From: a virus
Lineage: Duplodnaviria; Caudoviricetes
Length of the DNA stretch: 64,000 nt
Strand: one strand, 5' to 3'
Virus record (IMG/VR): IMGVR_UViG_3300031998_000056
Coordinates: 9,919-73,918 of that record
Shown here: positions 18,158 through 29,200 of the stretch, in pieces
How positions within the stretch are numbered: position 1 is the first letter of the stretch
How the letters are laid out: each line of letters opens with the position of its first letter
Translations under genes and position numbers: made by a program
The notes under the pieces: generated by a model
The model's database searches: none
What the model was told of the DNA's origin: nothing
What the model saw: only the letters and a program-made list of their open reading frames with translations

Positions 18158-18555
18158 GAGACGCCGGAAGAGATATAAGAAGGAACTCCCGTCAGGCTGT
18201 AGCTTTGGCTGACGTGGCTAAGAGAGGGTTCTTAGATGGTTGGTTATTAGACAACCAGACCAACTTCATTGAGACGATGGACTTGGTTAGGGATGGCGCA
18301 CCCGTTCAGTGGGCCAAACTCTATTTAGAGGCGTATAAGATGGGGTTGGTGAAGGAGCAGAATATCAATATCAATATAAACAGACAGCAAGACAGAGAGA
18401 ATCTACAGGCTCTTGTTCATGCACGGATCACTCCACAATTGGAAGCCTATACACCTTTTGAGGAAGTTACACCAACTCCTGTCTTAGACGATGGAGAGTT
18501 AGCGAAGGAAGAGGATTTGAAGAAACGAACCTTAGAGATATTAAAGAAGAAATGA
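18154..18555 (+). CDS. hypothetical protein (possible small terminase-like)
   Basis: 133-aa coupled ORF; function guessed only from size and helical character. Confidence 0.4.
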   Translation: MRDAGRDIRRNSRQAVALADVAKRGFLDGWLLDNQTNFIETMDLVRDGAPVQWAKLYLEAYKMGLVKEQNINININRQQDRENLQALVHARITPQLEAYTPFEEVTPTPVLDDGELAKEEDLKKRTLEILKKK

Positions 18556-21275
18556 AGCAGCAGCAGTTGACCTTTGAAAAGGGAATAACGAATATCCCGA
18601 GTGACCTTATCTGTTCCGACCATTGCTTGGAGAAGTCCGAAGGGATGATATACAGAGATGGGGAGCATCATGTGGTGCAGAAGCCGAAAGTTACTACTAT
18701 TCCAAATGGGAAGAAACTTATATTCGTCCACAAGACGGCTGATGGCGAAAAGTATATCTATGAAACAACGGCAAGTAATGTGACGACCATATCATATTAT
18801 AATGGCAGCGGTTATGTGACAATAGGTAGCGGAAGTGCATACGAAACAATAAATAGCATCGTAGCCATAGGTAATACTCTTATTGTGTCATTTGGCAGCA
18901 CAATCAAATACTACCTATATTCGCCGACGCTTGTCAACAACAGCAACTACACAGACCTTGGGGATATTCCAGAACCTAAAGTAAAGTTCCGCATGGGAAT
19001 GGAGCAGGGTATGGATGATGACGCTAACAGGTATAAACGTGGTTATTCATTAGTGAAAAGCACCGGAGACCCAAATGATATCATTGGATATCAAGGAGAT
19101 AACCCAGCTACAGCGCAATACTATTACATAAAGACTGATAATGAAGGGGCGCAAACAAAGTACGACAACCTCGTTGTAGGTCTTTATGCAAAGAATCAGA
19201 AAAGCATTAAACAGAAGAAAGGCTTCTGCGAACCGTTCTGCGCGAGGGTTGCTTTGGAGATGTATGACGGAAGTTATACCAAGATAACAAACCCTGTTGT
19301 CCTTCTCCCGACCATCAGAAGAAGCTCCCACGCATACAATACACATGGGGAGTTTTCCTTGCGCACACGCTACAGCTTCCTGTACTGCCATCTTGATTCA
19401 AGTGTTGATTATACAAAGTGGAGTGATATAGTAAAAGATGTGGTAGTCTTTATATCAGACGGTGTGAATATATATGATACGGCCGTAGAGCAGCCGTATA
19501 ATATGGACAATAACATAAAGAAGCTGATAGAAGCGGCGTTTTATTCGACACCGACAGCTTCCGACCCAGACTTTCTGACAGACGGAGTAGCATACAATAC
19601 GGAAACATCTGGAGACCAAAGGAACAAGCTGTATAAGACTTGGGTAGATAGTTCGGCATCAGGGGATAGACGTTGGTTTGTTTTACAGGAGCGTCCTGAG
19701 AACAAGATTCAAGAGGATATTGCCAGCCTTTCGATATATTACAGGCTGTGTTCTTTGGGAAGGATAGGCACAAGTGGCTTTGTTGGGTTATCTGAAAAGA
19801 TAGACACTCACACATTAGAGAATCTTACTACTCAAGAGACGCTTCCGAATGACGACTATTATTCCCACTGCAAGCTGAAAGCCTCTTTCTTGAATACGTA
19901 CAACTCCCGTCTGAACATGGCTGGGGTTGAACGAGGATTCTTTGAGGGGTTTGAGGACTTCCTTCCTTACGACAACGCATCACCAGCCTTGCAGTACACG
20001 TCTTATGTAACCATAAAGACACCATCGGGAGATAAGATAATCAGCCATACATATACAACACAACAAAAACAGGAGCTGTATTTCTATTATCCAGACCCAA
20101 GGGCTACGCACGTAACCATTATGCAAGGCACAACATGTATGATGGACTTACCATTAAAGGAGCATCAGGGCTTGAATGGGGCATACGCACTTCGATACCT
20201 ACCCGGAGGACTTTTGGATGACCCACAATACCGCCCGTCAGCATCTGCTCCTTCAACCACCAACAACAACGACACGGAGAAGCTTGGCAACTACTTATTA
20301 AATTCTGAGGTGAACAACCCGTTTGTGTTCCAAAAAAGCGGTTATCACAAGGTGGGAGACGGGAAGATAGTCGGTATGGCCTCGCAGACACAGGCATTGA
20401 GCCAAGGTCAGTTCGGTCAATACCCGTTGATGGTGTTCACGACAGAGGGAATATGGGCATTGAGCCTTGACAACACAGGTCAGTTCGTGGCTATACACCC
20501 CATGAGCCGAGAGGTGGCGCTTGAGAACAATCCTTGCATCCTTCCTGTGGATGGTGCGGTGTTCTTCGTGTCGAAGAAAGGACTGATGGTAGTAAGTGGA
20601 AGCACGGTTAAGTGTGTGAGTGAGCAGTTAAGCGGAAAGACTAATGGAACGATGGGTAACTTCTGCGACTATCTTGCGAGTGCTTTCATGGCGTATGACT
20701 ACAGGGATTCGCTGATATGGATATTTGACGGGAGAAGCACAACGAGTGGAGGAACGACAACGTTTGGCAGCAGATATTGTTATATCTATAGCATCAAGAG
20801 TGGCACGTTTGGTTCGTATGACTTTGGCCAAGTATCAAGCCAAGATGTTATCATCGAGAATGCGGTCAACAACTATCCCGACTATCTGATTCAGAGGAAT
20901 ACCACCTCCAGCACGAAGCCTATCTTTACCTTACTTGGCAGGGATGACATCAACGTGGAGGCGGCTGCCGTTACTCCTGTGACATACAGCCCGAAGCTCA
21001 TTACCCGTCCTTTGAAGTTAGAGAACGGCTTGGCTTTGAAGAGTTTGGTTCAGATTAAACACATCTGTTCATTGACAAGTGCGGCCACGCAGCCTCTAAC
21101 GTTAGTGATAAAGGCTTCTAACGATGCAAAGTCGTGGGTAACTCTGAGTTCGTTAAGAGGCTTGCCTTGGAAATACTACAAGTTTGAATACACGTTCACG
21201 AGAATTAGGTCGGTAGACACCTTTGCCGGAACGATCGTGGTGACGGAAGAGAGAAGGACGAACAAATTGAGATAA
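18552..21275 (+). CDS. tail protein (P22 gp10-like stabilisation/nozzle)
   Basis: 907 aa, beta-rich; SQGQFGQYPLMVFTTEGIWAL motif seen in Bacteroidales podovirus tail proteins. Confidence 0.65.
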   Translation: MKQQQLTFEKGITNIPSDLICSDHCLEKSEGMIYRDGEHHVVQKPKVTTIPNGKKLIFVHKTADGEKYIYETTASNVTTISYYNGSGYVTIGSGSAYETINSIVAIGNTLIVSFGSTIKYYLYSPTLVNNSNYTDLGDIPEPKVKFRMGMEQGMDDDANRYKRGYSLVKSTGDPNDIIGYQGDNPATAQYYYIKTDNEGAQTKYDNLVVGLYAKNQKSIKQKKGFCEPFCARVALEMYDGSYTKITNPVVLLPTIRRSSHAYNTHGEFSLRTRYSFLYCHLDSSVDYTKWSDIVKDVVVFISDGVNIYDTAVEQPYNMDNNIKKLIEAAFYSTPTASDPDFLTDGVAYNTETSGDQRNKLYKTWVDSSASGDRRWFVLQERPENKIQEDIASLSIYYRLCSLGRIGTSGFVGLSEKIDTHTLENLTTQETLPNDDYYSHCKLKASFLNTYNSRLNMAGVERGFFEGFEDFLPYDNASPALQYTSYVTIKTPSGDKIISHTYTTQQKQELYFYYPDPRATHVTIMQGTTCMMDLPLKEHQGLNGAYALRYLPGGLLDDPQYRPSASAPSTTNNNDTEKLGNYLLNSEVNNPFVFQKSGYHKVGDGKIVGMASQTQALSQGQFGQYPLMVFTTEGIWALSLDNTGQFVAIHPMSREVALENNPCILPVDGAVFFVSKKGLMVVSGSTVKCVSEQLSGKTNGTMGNFCDYLASAFMAYDYRDSLIWIFDGRSTTSGGTTTFGSRYCYIYSIKSGTFGSYDFGQVSSQDVIIENAVNNYPDYLIQRNTTSSTKPIFTLLGRDDINVEAAAVTPVTYSPKLITRPLKLENGLALKSLVQIKHICSLTSAATQPLTLVIKASNDAKSWVTLSSLRGLPWKYYKFEYTFTRIRSVDTFAGTIVVTEERRTNKLR

Positions 21276-21309
21276 GCCCATCCCCATCCCTTCCCCAAGG
21301 GAGGGGGGA

Positions 21310-21846
21310 TTAAACGCCCGCCTGTTCTTCTTTCTGTTGTCGTTTAAGAGCCTGCAATTCTTTGCGGGCTTTTATCTTTGCGCGTTTCGCTTTCAGCCTT
21401 TCGTAGTTGCGGATGGTGCGTTTGGTGGGAATAGTCCTTCCGTCATCATCAATGAGATGTCGTTTGATTCCCATTCGCGTGTCTGCGAGTATTCGTGGAG
21501 TGACGAAGAACTCTGGGGCTGGACGAAGGACTGCGAAGCGGAGGATATAATACAGCTTCTTCCCAGCGAACTCCCTCTTTTCCGACATCTCAAGGACTTG
21601 GTTATAGAGAGAGTAGTACATACGTTTTCTATAAGGGAGCATCTTGTTTACATGGGTAAAGTCTCCTTTTACCATTGGGGATATTACTTGCAAGGCTTGC
21701 TTTGGTGTGATGTAATAACGTGGTGCAGGGAGAAGGATGGCTTTCCTGTAGGCTTGCTGTTGAGACCAGCACTTGTCGGCGACCTGCGAGTAAGCTTTGA
21801 TGAGGTCGTCCTGTCGTTGTTTGGTGATGTCGTAATCTACTTTCAT
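21310..21846 (-). CDS. putative transcriptional regulator (PAPRxY repeats)
   Basis: Likely start MKVDYD at 21846; own TATATTTG box at 21890-21897; PAPRYYITP/PAPEFFVTP duplicated motif. Confidence 0.6.
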   Translation of the reverse strand: MKVDYDITKQRQDDLIKAYSQVADKCWSQQQAYRKAILLPAPRYYITPKQALQVISPMVKGDFTHVNKMLPYRKRMYYSLYNQVLEMSEKREFAGKKLYYILRFAVLRPAPEFFVTPRILADTRMGIKRHLIDDDGRTIPTKRTIRNYERLKAKRAKIKARKELQALKRQQKEEQAGV

Positions 21847-22054
21847 TGCCTTTGAACTTTGAACTTTGAACATTGAACTTTAGGTGTTGCAAATATAAAT
21901 CATTTCCTTGTTCTGTGCAACGTTTTTGTTGCGCGTAGCAAATGATAACAAATGTTTGGTGGGTGTGTTAAGAAATTATAACATTTATAACTCAAAACAA
22001 GGAAAGACGAATGTCTTTATCTCCTATTTTTGTGCGCAGAAATATTGTAAACTT

Positions 22055-23218
22055 ATGGCAAATTTATTCGCAAAGAAACCCCTTGACTTTGGCGTGAAGC
22101 CATTGGAACAGCCCGTTCCTGTGTACAGACCACAAGAACCAGGGAGTATTGCTGCGGCATATAAAGCAGCAGAGGAGAATGGTACGTGGAAGCCTACGGT
22201 TCAGCCACAGACTGTAAAGGCCATGCCAGCCGTCAATCCAAACAGCGACACAAGCGGTATGGATGCTCTTTTGTCTATGTACACCAGCCCCGAGGATGAG
22301 CTGAAGATGAAACGTGCAAGCATGAACAACCAACGGATATTGGCTGTTGCAGATGCTTTACGGCACATCGGGAACATCTATAACACCACGAACTACGCTC
22401 CAGCCCAGCAGTTCAACAACCCTGTGTTAGAGGCACGTCAGCGTTACCAGCAAGACAAAGCTTTACGTGATGCGGCCAATGCAAGATACATGACCTATCA
22501 ACAGGCAAAGGCAGCGCAAGACCAGAAACAGAGACAATGGGAGGCCACGTTTAACTATAACTTGGCGAAGGACGCAGCAGACTATGAGTTGAAGAAACAG
22601 CAAGCAGACGCTAATGTAGCCCGTCAGAATGCACTTGCAGAGCTTGACAAGGCAAGACAAGAGGGTGTGATTTCCGAGAACGAGTACAAGAGGATACGCA
22701 ACGAATGGTATCCCAAACAACAGGAGGCCGCGCTTGAGAAAACAAAGGCGCAAACGCAGTCTGCAAAGACAACCGCATGGAACAGCACCCGATGGACGAA
22801 TGAGCGCATCAGGAAGTCACAAGAAGGTGGTGGCGGTGGAGGCGGAAGCAAGAGTTTCGGAGACCCGTTGGAAACTCCCAATGGAAAGATACGGCCTATC
22901 AGCAGAAACTACCCAGACCAAATCCGACAGATGTATGATTATGCGAAAGAGAACAACATGATACAATCTGAATCTGGCAATGATGCTTTGTCGAGAATCC
23001 AAGCGAGATTTCGTAACACCAAAGAACCGACTGACGCACAGAAACGACAGGTAGTTATGGGCTTGCTTCGTAACAATCCAGCAATGGCCAATTACGCCCA
23101 TGAGATGTTTGGCTGGGAATATGTGAACGGTGGTACTACAAGCGGAAGAGGCACTATGCCCGGCGTTCAAGTTAGTGGGAATGATAATAGCAGAGGTACA
23201 ATGCCCGGTGTTCAATAA
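22055..23218 (+). CDS. ejection/internal virion protein
   Basis: Likely start MANLFAKK after TATTTTTG box (22025-22032); Ala/Gln coiled coil; precedes the giant protein. Confidence 0.65.
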   Translation: MANLFAKKPLDFGVKPLEQPVPVYRPQEPGSIAAAYKAAEENGTWKPTVQPQTVKAMPAVNPNSDTSGMDALLSMYTSPEDELKMKRASMNNQRILAVADALRHIGNIYNTTNYAPAQQFNNPVLEARQRYQQDKALRDAANARYMTYQQAKAAQDQKQRQWEATFNYNLAKDAADYELKKQQADANVARQNALAELDKARQEGVISENEYKRIRNEWYPKQQEAALEKTKAQTQSAKTTAWNSTRWTNERIRKSQEGGGGGGGSKSFGDPLETPNGKIRPISRNYPDQIRQMYDYAKENNMIQSESGNDALSRIQARFRNTKEPTDAQKRQVVMGLLRNNPAMANYAHEMFGWEYVNGGTTSGRGTMPGVQVSGNDNSRGTMPGVQ

Positions 23219-23223
23219 ATAAA

Positions 23224-26200
23224 TTGATATTTATGAAAAACGAAAGCAGAGAGTGGTTGTACAAAACCCTTAGTGGGAACGGATATAACGTAGGTAAAGA
23301 CTATGCTCAGTTCGATTCTTTGATGACGAACAACGCCGATAGCCGCAAGTGGGTGTATGAAACCATGCGCAGCAACGGATATAATGTTGGTAAGGACTAT
23401 AACGAGTTTGAAGGTCTTGTCAATCCCGTACAAGCTACAGAGCAACCAACGGGTGTTGTAAATCGCTTCAAGGATAAGGTAAGCGCCATTAAGGACAAAG
23501 CCGAACAGGTAGCCAACCAGCCTACGGTACATGTAGGCGGTGACGGGATGACCTTTACTGAATCCCAGCTTGATTCCATAGATAATGGTGCGAAGCCTGT
23601 TTATGTAGGAAACCAACCCGTTCAGCAACCTAAACAGGCCGTTCAGCAGACTGAACCACGTAGAACACTCAGAACTCCACAAGAGTTGAAAGAGGAACTG
23701 CGTCAGATTAACCCTGATGTGGCAGACAAGGCAGAGGCATTGGAGCGCACAGAACGTGAGACACGCGCCTTTGCTCCTACACATCTTGTAGAGGATTACA
23801 ACCGCACAGCCGAAGAAACAAACAAGGAACTGACGGAAGCATTTAAGCGTGGCGCATTCAGACGGCCTACACTTGATGACGAGTTGGAGGCAGCGTACAG
23901 AGACAAAGCACGTTTAGAGGAAGAGATTTCTGCAAATGCTGGCCCTGGTGGAGCATCAAAGGGGTGGGCTACAAAGATGTCACAGGCAAGTAACGGCTCA
24001 CCTATTGATGTAAACACAGCAGACGAGGACAGACGCGCAGCACTCAGACAGGTTGAAAACAGGATACAAACCCTTGAGGATGAGAAGAACAATGCAGGTT
24101 TCTGGAGAGGATTGAGCGGCGATCTGTTCAAACCACAGAATTGGAGCTTCGGAATCGTAGACTTGGCCGATGCCACAAGGTTGCGTAATGCTGTTGGTGC
24201 TGGAGACAAAGTGACAGACACCCAGAAGGAGTTGTTGCGTAACACGCTTTTGGCTAATGATGCAGAATCAAGATACGGTCGTAATCGCAACGCTTGGTAC
24301 AGAGCAGGTAAGATGGGCGCACTCAGCATTCAGATGATGCCCGACTTTATGCTTGGTATGGGTGGCATGAAATCCGCAGCAAGAACGGGTATAAACCTTG
24401 CAACGAAAGCTGGCGTTAAGGCTCTTGGCGAGAAAGCCATGCAGAAGGGGCTTATCAAGTACACCACGAAAGCTCTTGGCTTGGCTGGCGGTTCACTTGC
24501 TGGCGGTGCGAGAATGGTCAATACCATACAGCTTCCGCGTTTAGGCGCAGAGGCCATGAAGAACTATAACGGCAACCTCGTTCAAGACGAGAACGGAAAG
24601 TATAAGTTCGAAGATGGAGAAGAAAACTTCTTGGATGCCGTATTAAAGGCCGAACAGACACTTATCCCCGAAGCCGCAAGCGAGGTTGGTGGTGAGTTTA
24701 CGCCCGGCGTAGGAAGAATCCTTGGCGGTTTAGGCATGAAGAAGATAGCTAAGGGCCTTTCTGCGGTGCAAGGTACAAAATTGTACAAGAACGTAAGCAA
24801 GGCCTTGGCAAAGACAGGATTCAACGGCGCACCAAGTGAAGCATTTGAAGAATATGCCAATGATGTGTATTCAATGATGCTTGGCGATAAGAGTGGTATC
24901 TTTGGTGAGAACGGACAAGGCGGATGGGGAGAAGGCCAAAAGCATTTGGATATTTGGCTTGGCACAGGAACGCTTGGTGCTTTGCTTCACGCCCCCACGA
25001 TAGCAGGTACTGGCTTTGGTGCTGCTCAATATTATAGATATAAGCACAAGACGAACACAGCCGACAAGAATGCGAAAGAGCTTCTTGGTGCGATGACGTG
25101 GGATAATATCAAGAAAAGCATTGATAATTCCACAAACGACAACATTTCCGATGTTGTAACAGCAATCTTTAAAGCAGGCGGTCTTGACAGAGAAGGAAAG
25201 AAAGCTGTCATCGACTACGCAGGTAACTTGCAGAAACAACGTGGTTTCAGCCTTGGACTGACCGCTGCAAAGAATGAAGAGGGAAGAGGCAAGGAAGGTG
25301 CTACTGCCGATGTACTCGACAACAGTTATGGTGCAGGTTATGAAGCAGAAGGAAGGGAGCAGAAGGAAGGTATAAAAGCCACCTTTGACGCTGCCACGCA
25401 GAACCTTGATGCTATGGGCGAGGATATTGCCTCGATGGTGAAGGATGAAGAGAATCCTCCAATGGCTGTACTCAGTTATATGATGGGCCACAGGGATTCC
25501 TATAGCGATGAGCAGATTTCAGCCGCAGCCGACTACTATCAGGCAAAGATGCAGCTTCAAGGTATGGAGCAAGCAGAAGCAGACAATGCCGAGATAGAAG
25601 GTGAGCAGACACCGAAACCATTATATACTACCGTAGAGCAGAGCGATGGCAAGTTCAACGTGAGTTCGTTTGACAAGAACGGCAACCTATTAGGACAGCA
25701 GAGCTTCGACACAGAGGACGAAGCCAATGCCTATCGTGGAGAGGTGAAGATGCAGAAAGAGCATCAAGACCTACAGGACTATATTGGTAGGATGGGGGCG
25801 CAAGGTGCTAATACCATCGCTCAGTTTGAACAGGAGAACGGCTGGGAACCAGGTACTATACAAAAGCTGACCGAAGCAGACCCGATGCAGATGAGTGACG
25901 AGGAGTTGCAGATGGCCGACCAAGCAAGAGCATTCCTCCAAGAACAGGCTTATCCTCCTACGGAAGTTCACATCGGACATAGCGAGGAGCAGGGTGCAGA
26001 GGCAGCAGACGATGCAGACATCGACACCGACACGCCAAATGCAGAGGTGGTTGCGTCTGTTGTCGTTCCTTATGTGGAGTCAAGAGACAAACTTTCCGAC
26101 CTATTCAAGCGTAATGAAGAATTAGCCGAAGAGGTGCAGCTTTATGAGCAGATGGGCAAGAGCGAACAGGAGATTGTGTCTATGCTCGACACCTTTAAGC

Positions 26201-29200
26201 CAGAAGATGTGCAGACCGTCATCGACTACTATAACGCCCAAGCCCGTCTCGATGGTTTCATGAACCGCAGTAAAGAGAAGATTGAGGAGCGCGTGAGGCT
26301 TGAGAGAGGACGCAGAACGTTCAAGGGTGTGATTAACGGACAGCCAGACGTGCGTGATTTGGTGGAGATTACAGACGGGGAGAATACCTATACGCTTGTA
26401 AACGGGAACATCCGCACCAATGAGCAAGGACAGGTGACGGGTTCTGACGGTGTTATTATCGCACTCGACCAGAACGGGAACTTTGTGAGCCTTGGCGGAA
26501 ACAGCACATTAAGCGTACTGCCAAGTGAGACTACCCTTGACAATTGGGAGGAAGCGTATCGTAACCAAGTACAGGAGAACGCAACCGCATCTATTGACCC
26601 GAATGGGGTATTACAAGAGACAACCGACAACGGACAACCGACAACGGAAGAGCCGATAGAGAATGGAGAGCAAGCCGGTGGTGAGGCAGGTCAAACGACG
26701 ACCGGAGCAAACGAGCCATCGGCGCCTCCAGCTCCACAGGAGAATCAGCCTATTACCATTGAGAGCGTAACAGGCGAGGATGGTGTGAAGCGTTATGAGC
26801 AGGGAGTAGATGTTGATACGGCCATAAAGGACATGGAGGCTGACGGCTTGGACGTGAACGAGTGGTCAGACCTTGCCATCAACGAGGCACAGGAAGAGCT
26901 GAACAAGATGAAAGCTCCCAAGACCCGTGCGGAGTATGTGAAGAACGCCCAGCGTAAGAATGAGCTGCAAGCCACTATAGATTATTATAATAATGTTAAG
27001 AACCGCTATACTGAGTTGCATCCCGTCTATGCCGATGCAGCACCGTTTGTAGAACGACTTAACAAGGCTACAAGCAAGAAGAACGCAGACGACATACTGA
27101 ACGAAGCTTTACAGGCTGGCGTGAATCCTTCCGAGATACAGGCTGCACACACGCAGAAGGTTTCTGATATTATCACGAAGGAAGAGGAAGCACGACAGAG
27201 AGCAGAGGAAATTACTGATACTGACAAGAAGAATATTGCTCAATACGGAGGAACGCCCGAGGGCAGGGCTTCGCTACTCGACAAGAAACGTGGCAGCGCA
27301 GAGAAACGCCGCAAGCTTGCAAAGGAGATTTACGGAGAGTACTTTGATGACGACTTTGAGGCCATCAGAGACCTCCGAGAACTTATCTCCTCATGGTTAG
27401 GAAAGGGTAGGGCATTAGACCCCGACACCTTCGGACAGGAGCTTGGCTGGGATATGGGCGTAGGCAAGGATGCCGCGAAAGTATCCACTATGTTCACGAA
27501 ACGTAGGGAGAACGGTGGTGACGGCATGACGTTCAATGACTTCGTACACATGGTGTGGGAAGCCAGCGGAGGCAGGTTTGACACCGATGAGATACGGAAC
27601 GAGCTTTTAGACATGTTCCAAGGCGCACAGGACAAGACCGACCTCACGGAGTATCAGTTGCAGTCGAGAATTGCCGAGGCCGAGATGAGGATGCAAGGCG
27701 AGCTGGAGAGAGCAGAACAGGCAGCACAAGAGGGAGAGACCGAGCAAGCGCCAATTGGTGACGGTATGTTGCCGTTTGCACCGATGGAAGGCGAAGAAGC
27801 TCCTGTCGCACCGTCCGAACAGTTGAAGCCTACAGACTTGAGGGATAATGTAAAACCCGAATCAGCAAAGATTGGCGAAAGCAAGAAGGAACTACAAGAA
27901 AAAATAAAAGGTTGGCTGACAGACGAAAACGTAGAATGGGCCGAGGGGAAAGACCTTAACGAAGTCATTGAGCGTTTCGGAAACGAACCAGAACCCATTG
28001 CTGTCATGCCAGAGATTGTGAGGAAGAATATTCCTTCACTCGACACAGATTACCTTTACTGCGGAAAGGCTTACTTTATTGACCACCATGCGAATCATCA
28101 TCCCGAACTCGACATTGATGAGTACGACAACATTCAAGAAATACTTGATTCTTATGATGACATAAAAGACCTTTCGGATGGAGGAAATCTCAGAATAGCC
28201 TTTGTTAAAAAATTAGACAAGGGATATGCCGTAGTAGCTGAATTGTCAAAGGAGAATGATAAGATTGTTCTTCACAAGACGTTCTTCTATCGAGACGCCG
28301 CAGGTAAGCGCATACCTTATAAGAACAAGCCGAGTATTTTAGAAAAGTGGTCTGTGGACGGTAGTACCACAATCAGTCCTGTTGAAAGCCAACAGCCGGC
28401 AGACACCGAGAATATTTCTGCTCTTGACCAATCTTCTGAGGGCAAAGATACAAATGAATCGGAAGAAAAGCAAGAAAAAGTCGAAAAATCTTCAAGTAAA
28501 CAAGATTATTTAACATCTCACCCCCTTACTGAGGAGCAGATCATGGCCGATGCAGAATCCACAGAGGATGAAAAGCTTGCGGCTGTGGACTATCTGAAAG
28601 GTGAGGACGACAGCGCCATCTCGCAGTTCTACTATGATGAGATTTACAGAAGGGCTACCCAGACAGAAGAACAGAAGGACAAAGAAGTTGAGGATAAATC
28701 CGAGCGAACAGGAAAGACGTTTAACCTCGATGATGTAGAAGCCCTAAAGAGCGCTCCAAGCGGAGTAAGAGGTGCGATAAAGGACTATGCTGTTTCGGCA
28801 TACAATAGTGCATACCTCAAAGTTCCATCGTTCCAATTCGGCATTCCCGAAGAACAGCAGGAGAACATGACGTATGAGAAGTTCTTGGACGAGTTCAAGG
28901 AACAGGCTGGTGTGCTTGCAAGAGGATGCGAGAAATATCTCCCAGCAGTCTATGAATACATAGAAAGCAAGCTTGACAAACGGGGATTGAATCATCAGAA
29001 ATATGCGCAGCCTATTGAAACGGAAAATCCGACAGAGGCCATTGAACAGGCTGCAAAGAGCTTCCGCCAACAGCAGAAGGCACAGGATAGAGCCGACATT
29101 GATGCCGCATTGAAGGAGTTCAACGACTTCTTGGATGGTGCGAAAGGAAACACGCTTCTTGGCAAGCTGATGTATAAAGGTCTTGAAGGCAACGACAAGG

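Noticed and set aside
21337-21892. Plus-strand ORFs 21337..21855 and 21629..21892
   Set aside because: Antisense to the better-supported 21310..21846 gene, which has its own promoter
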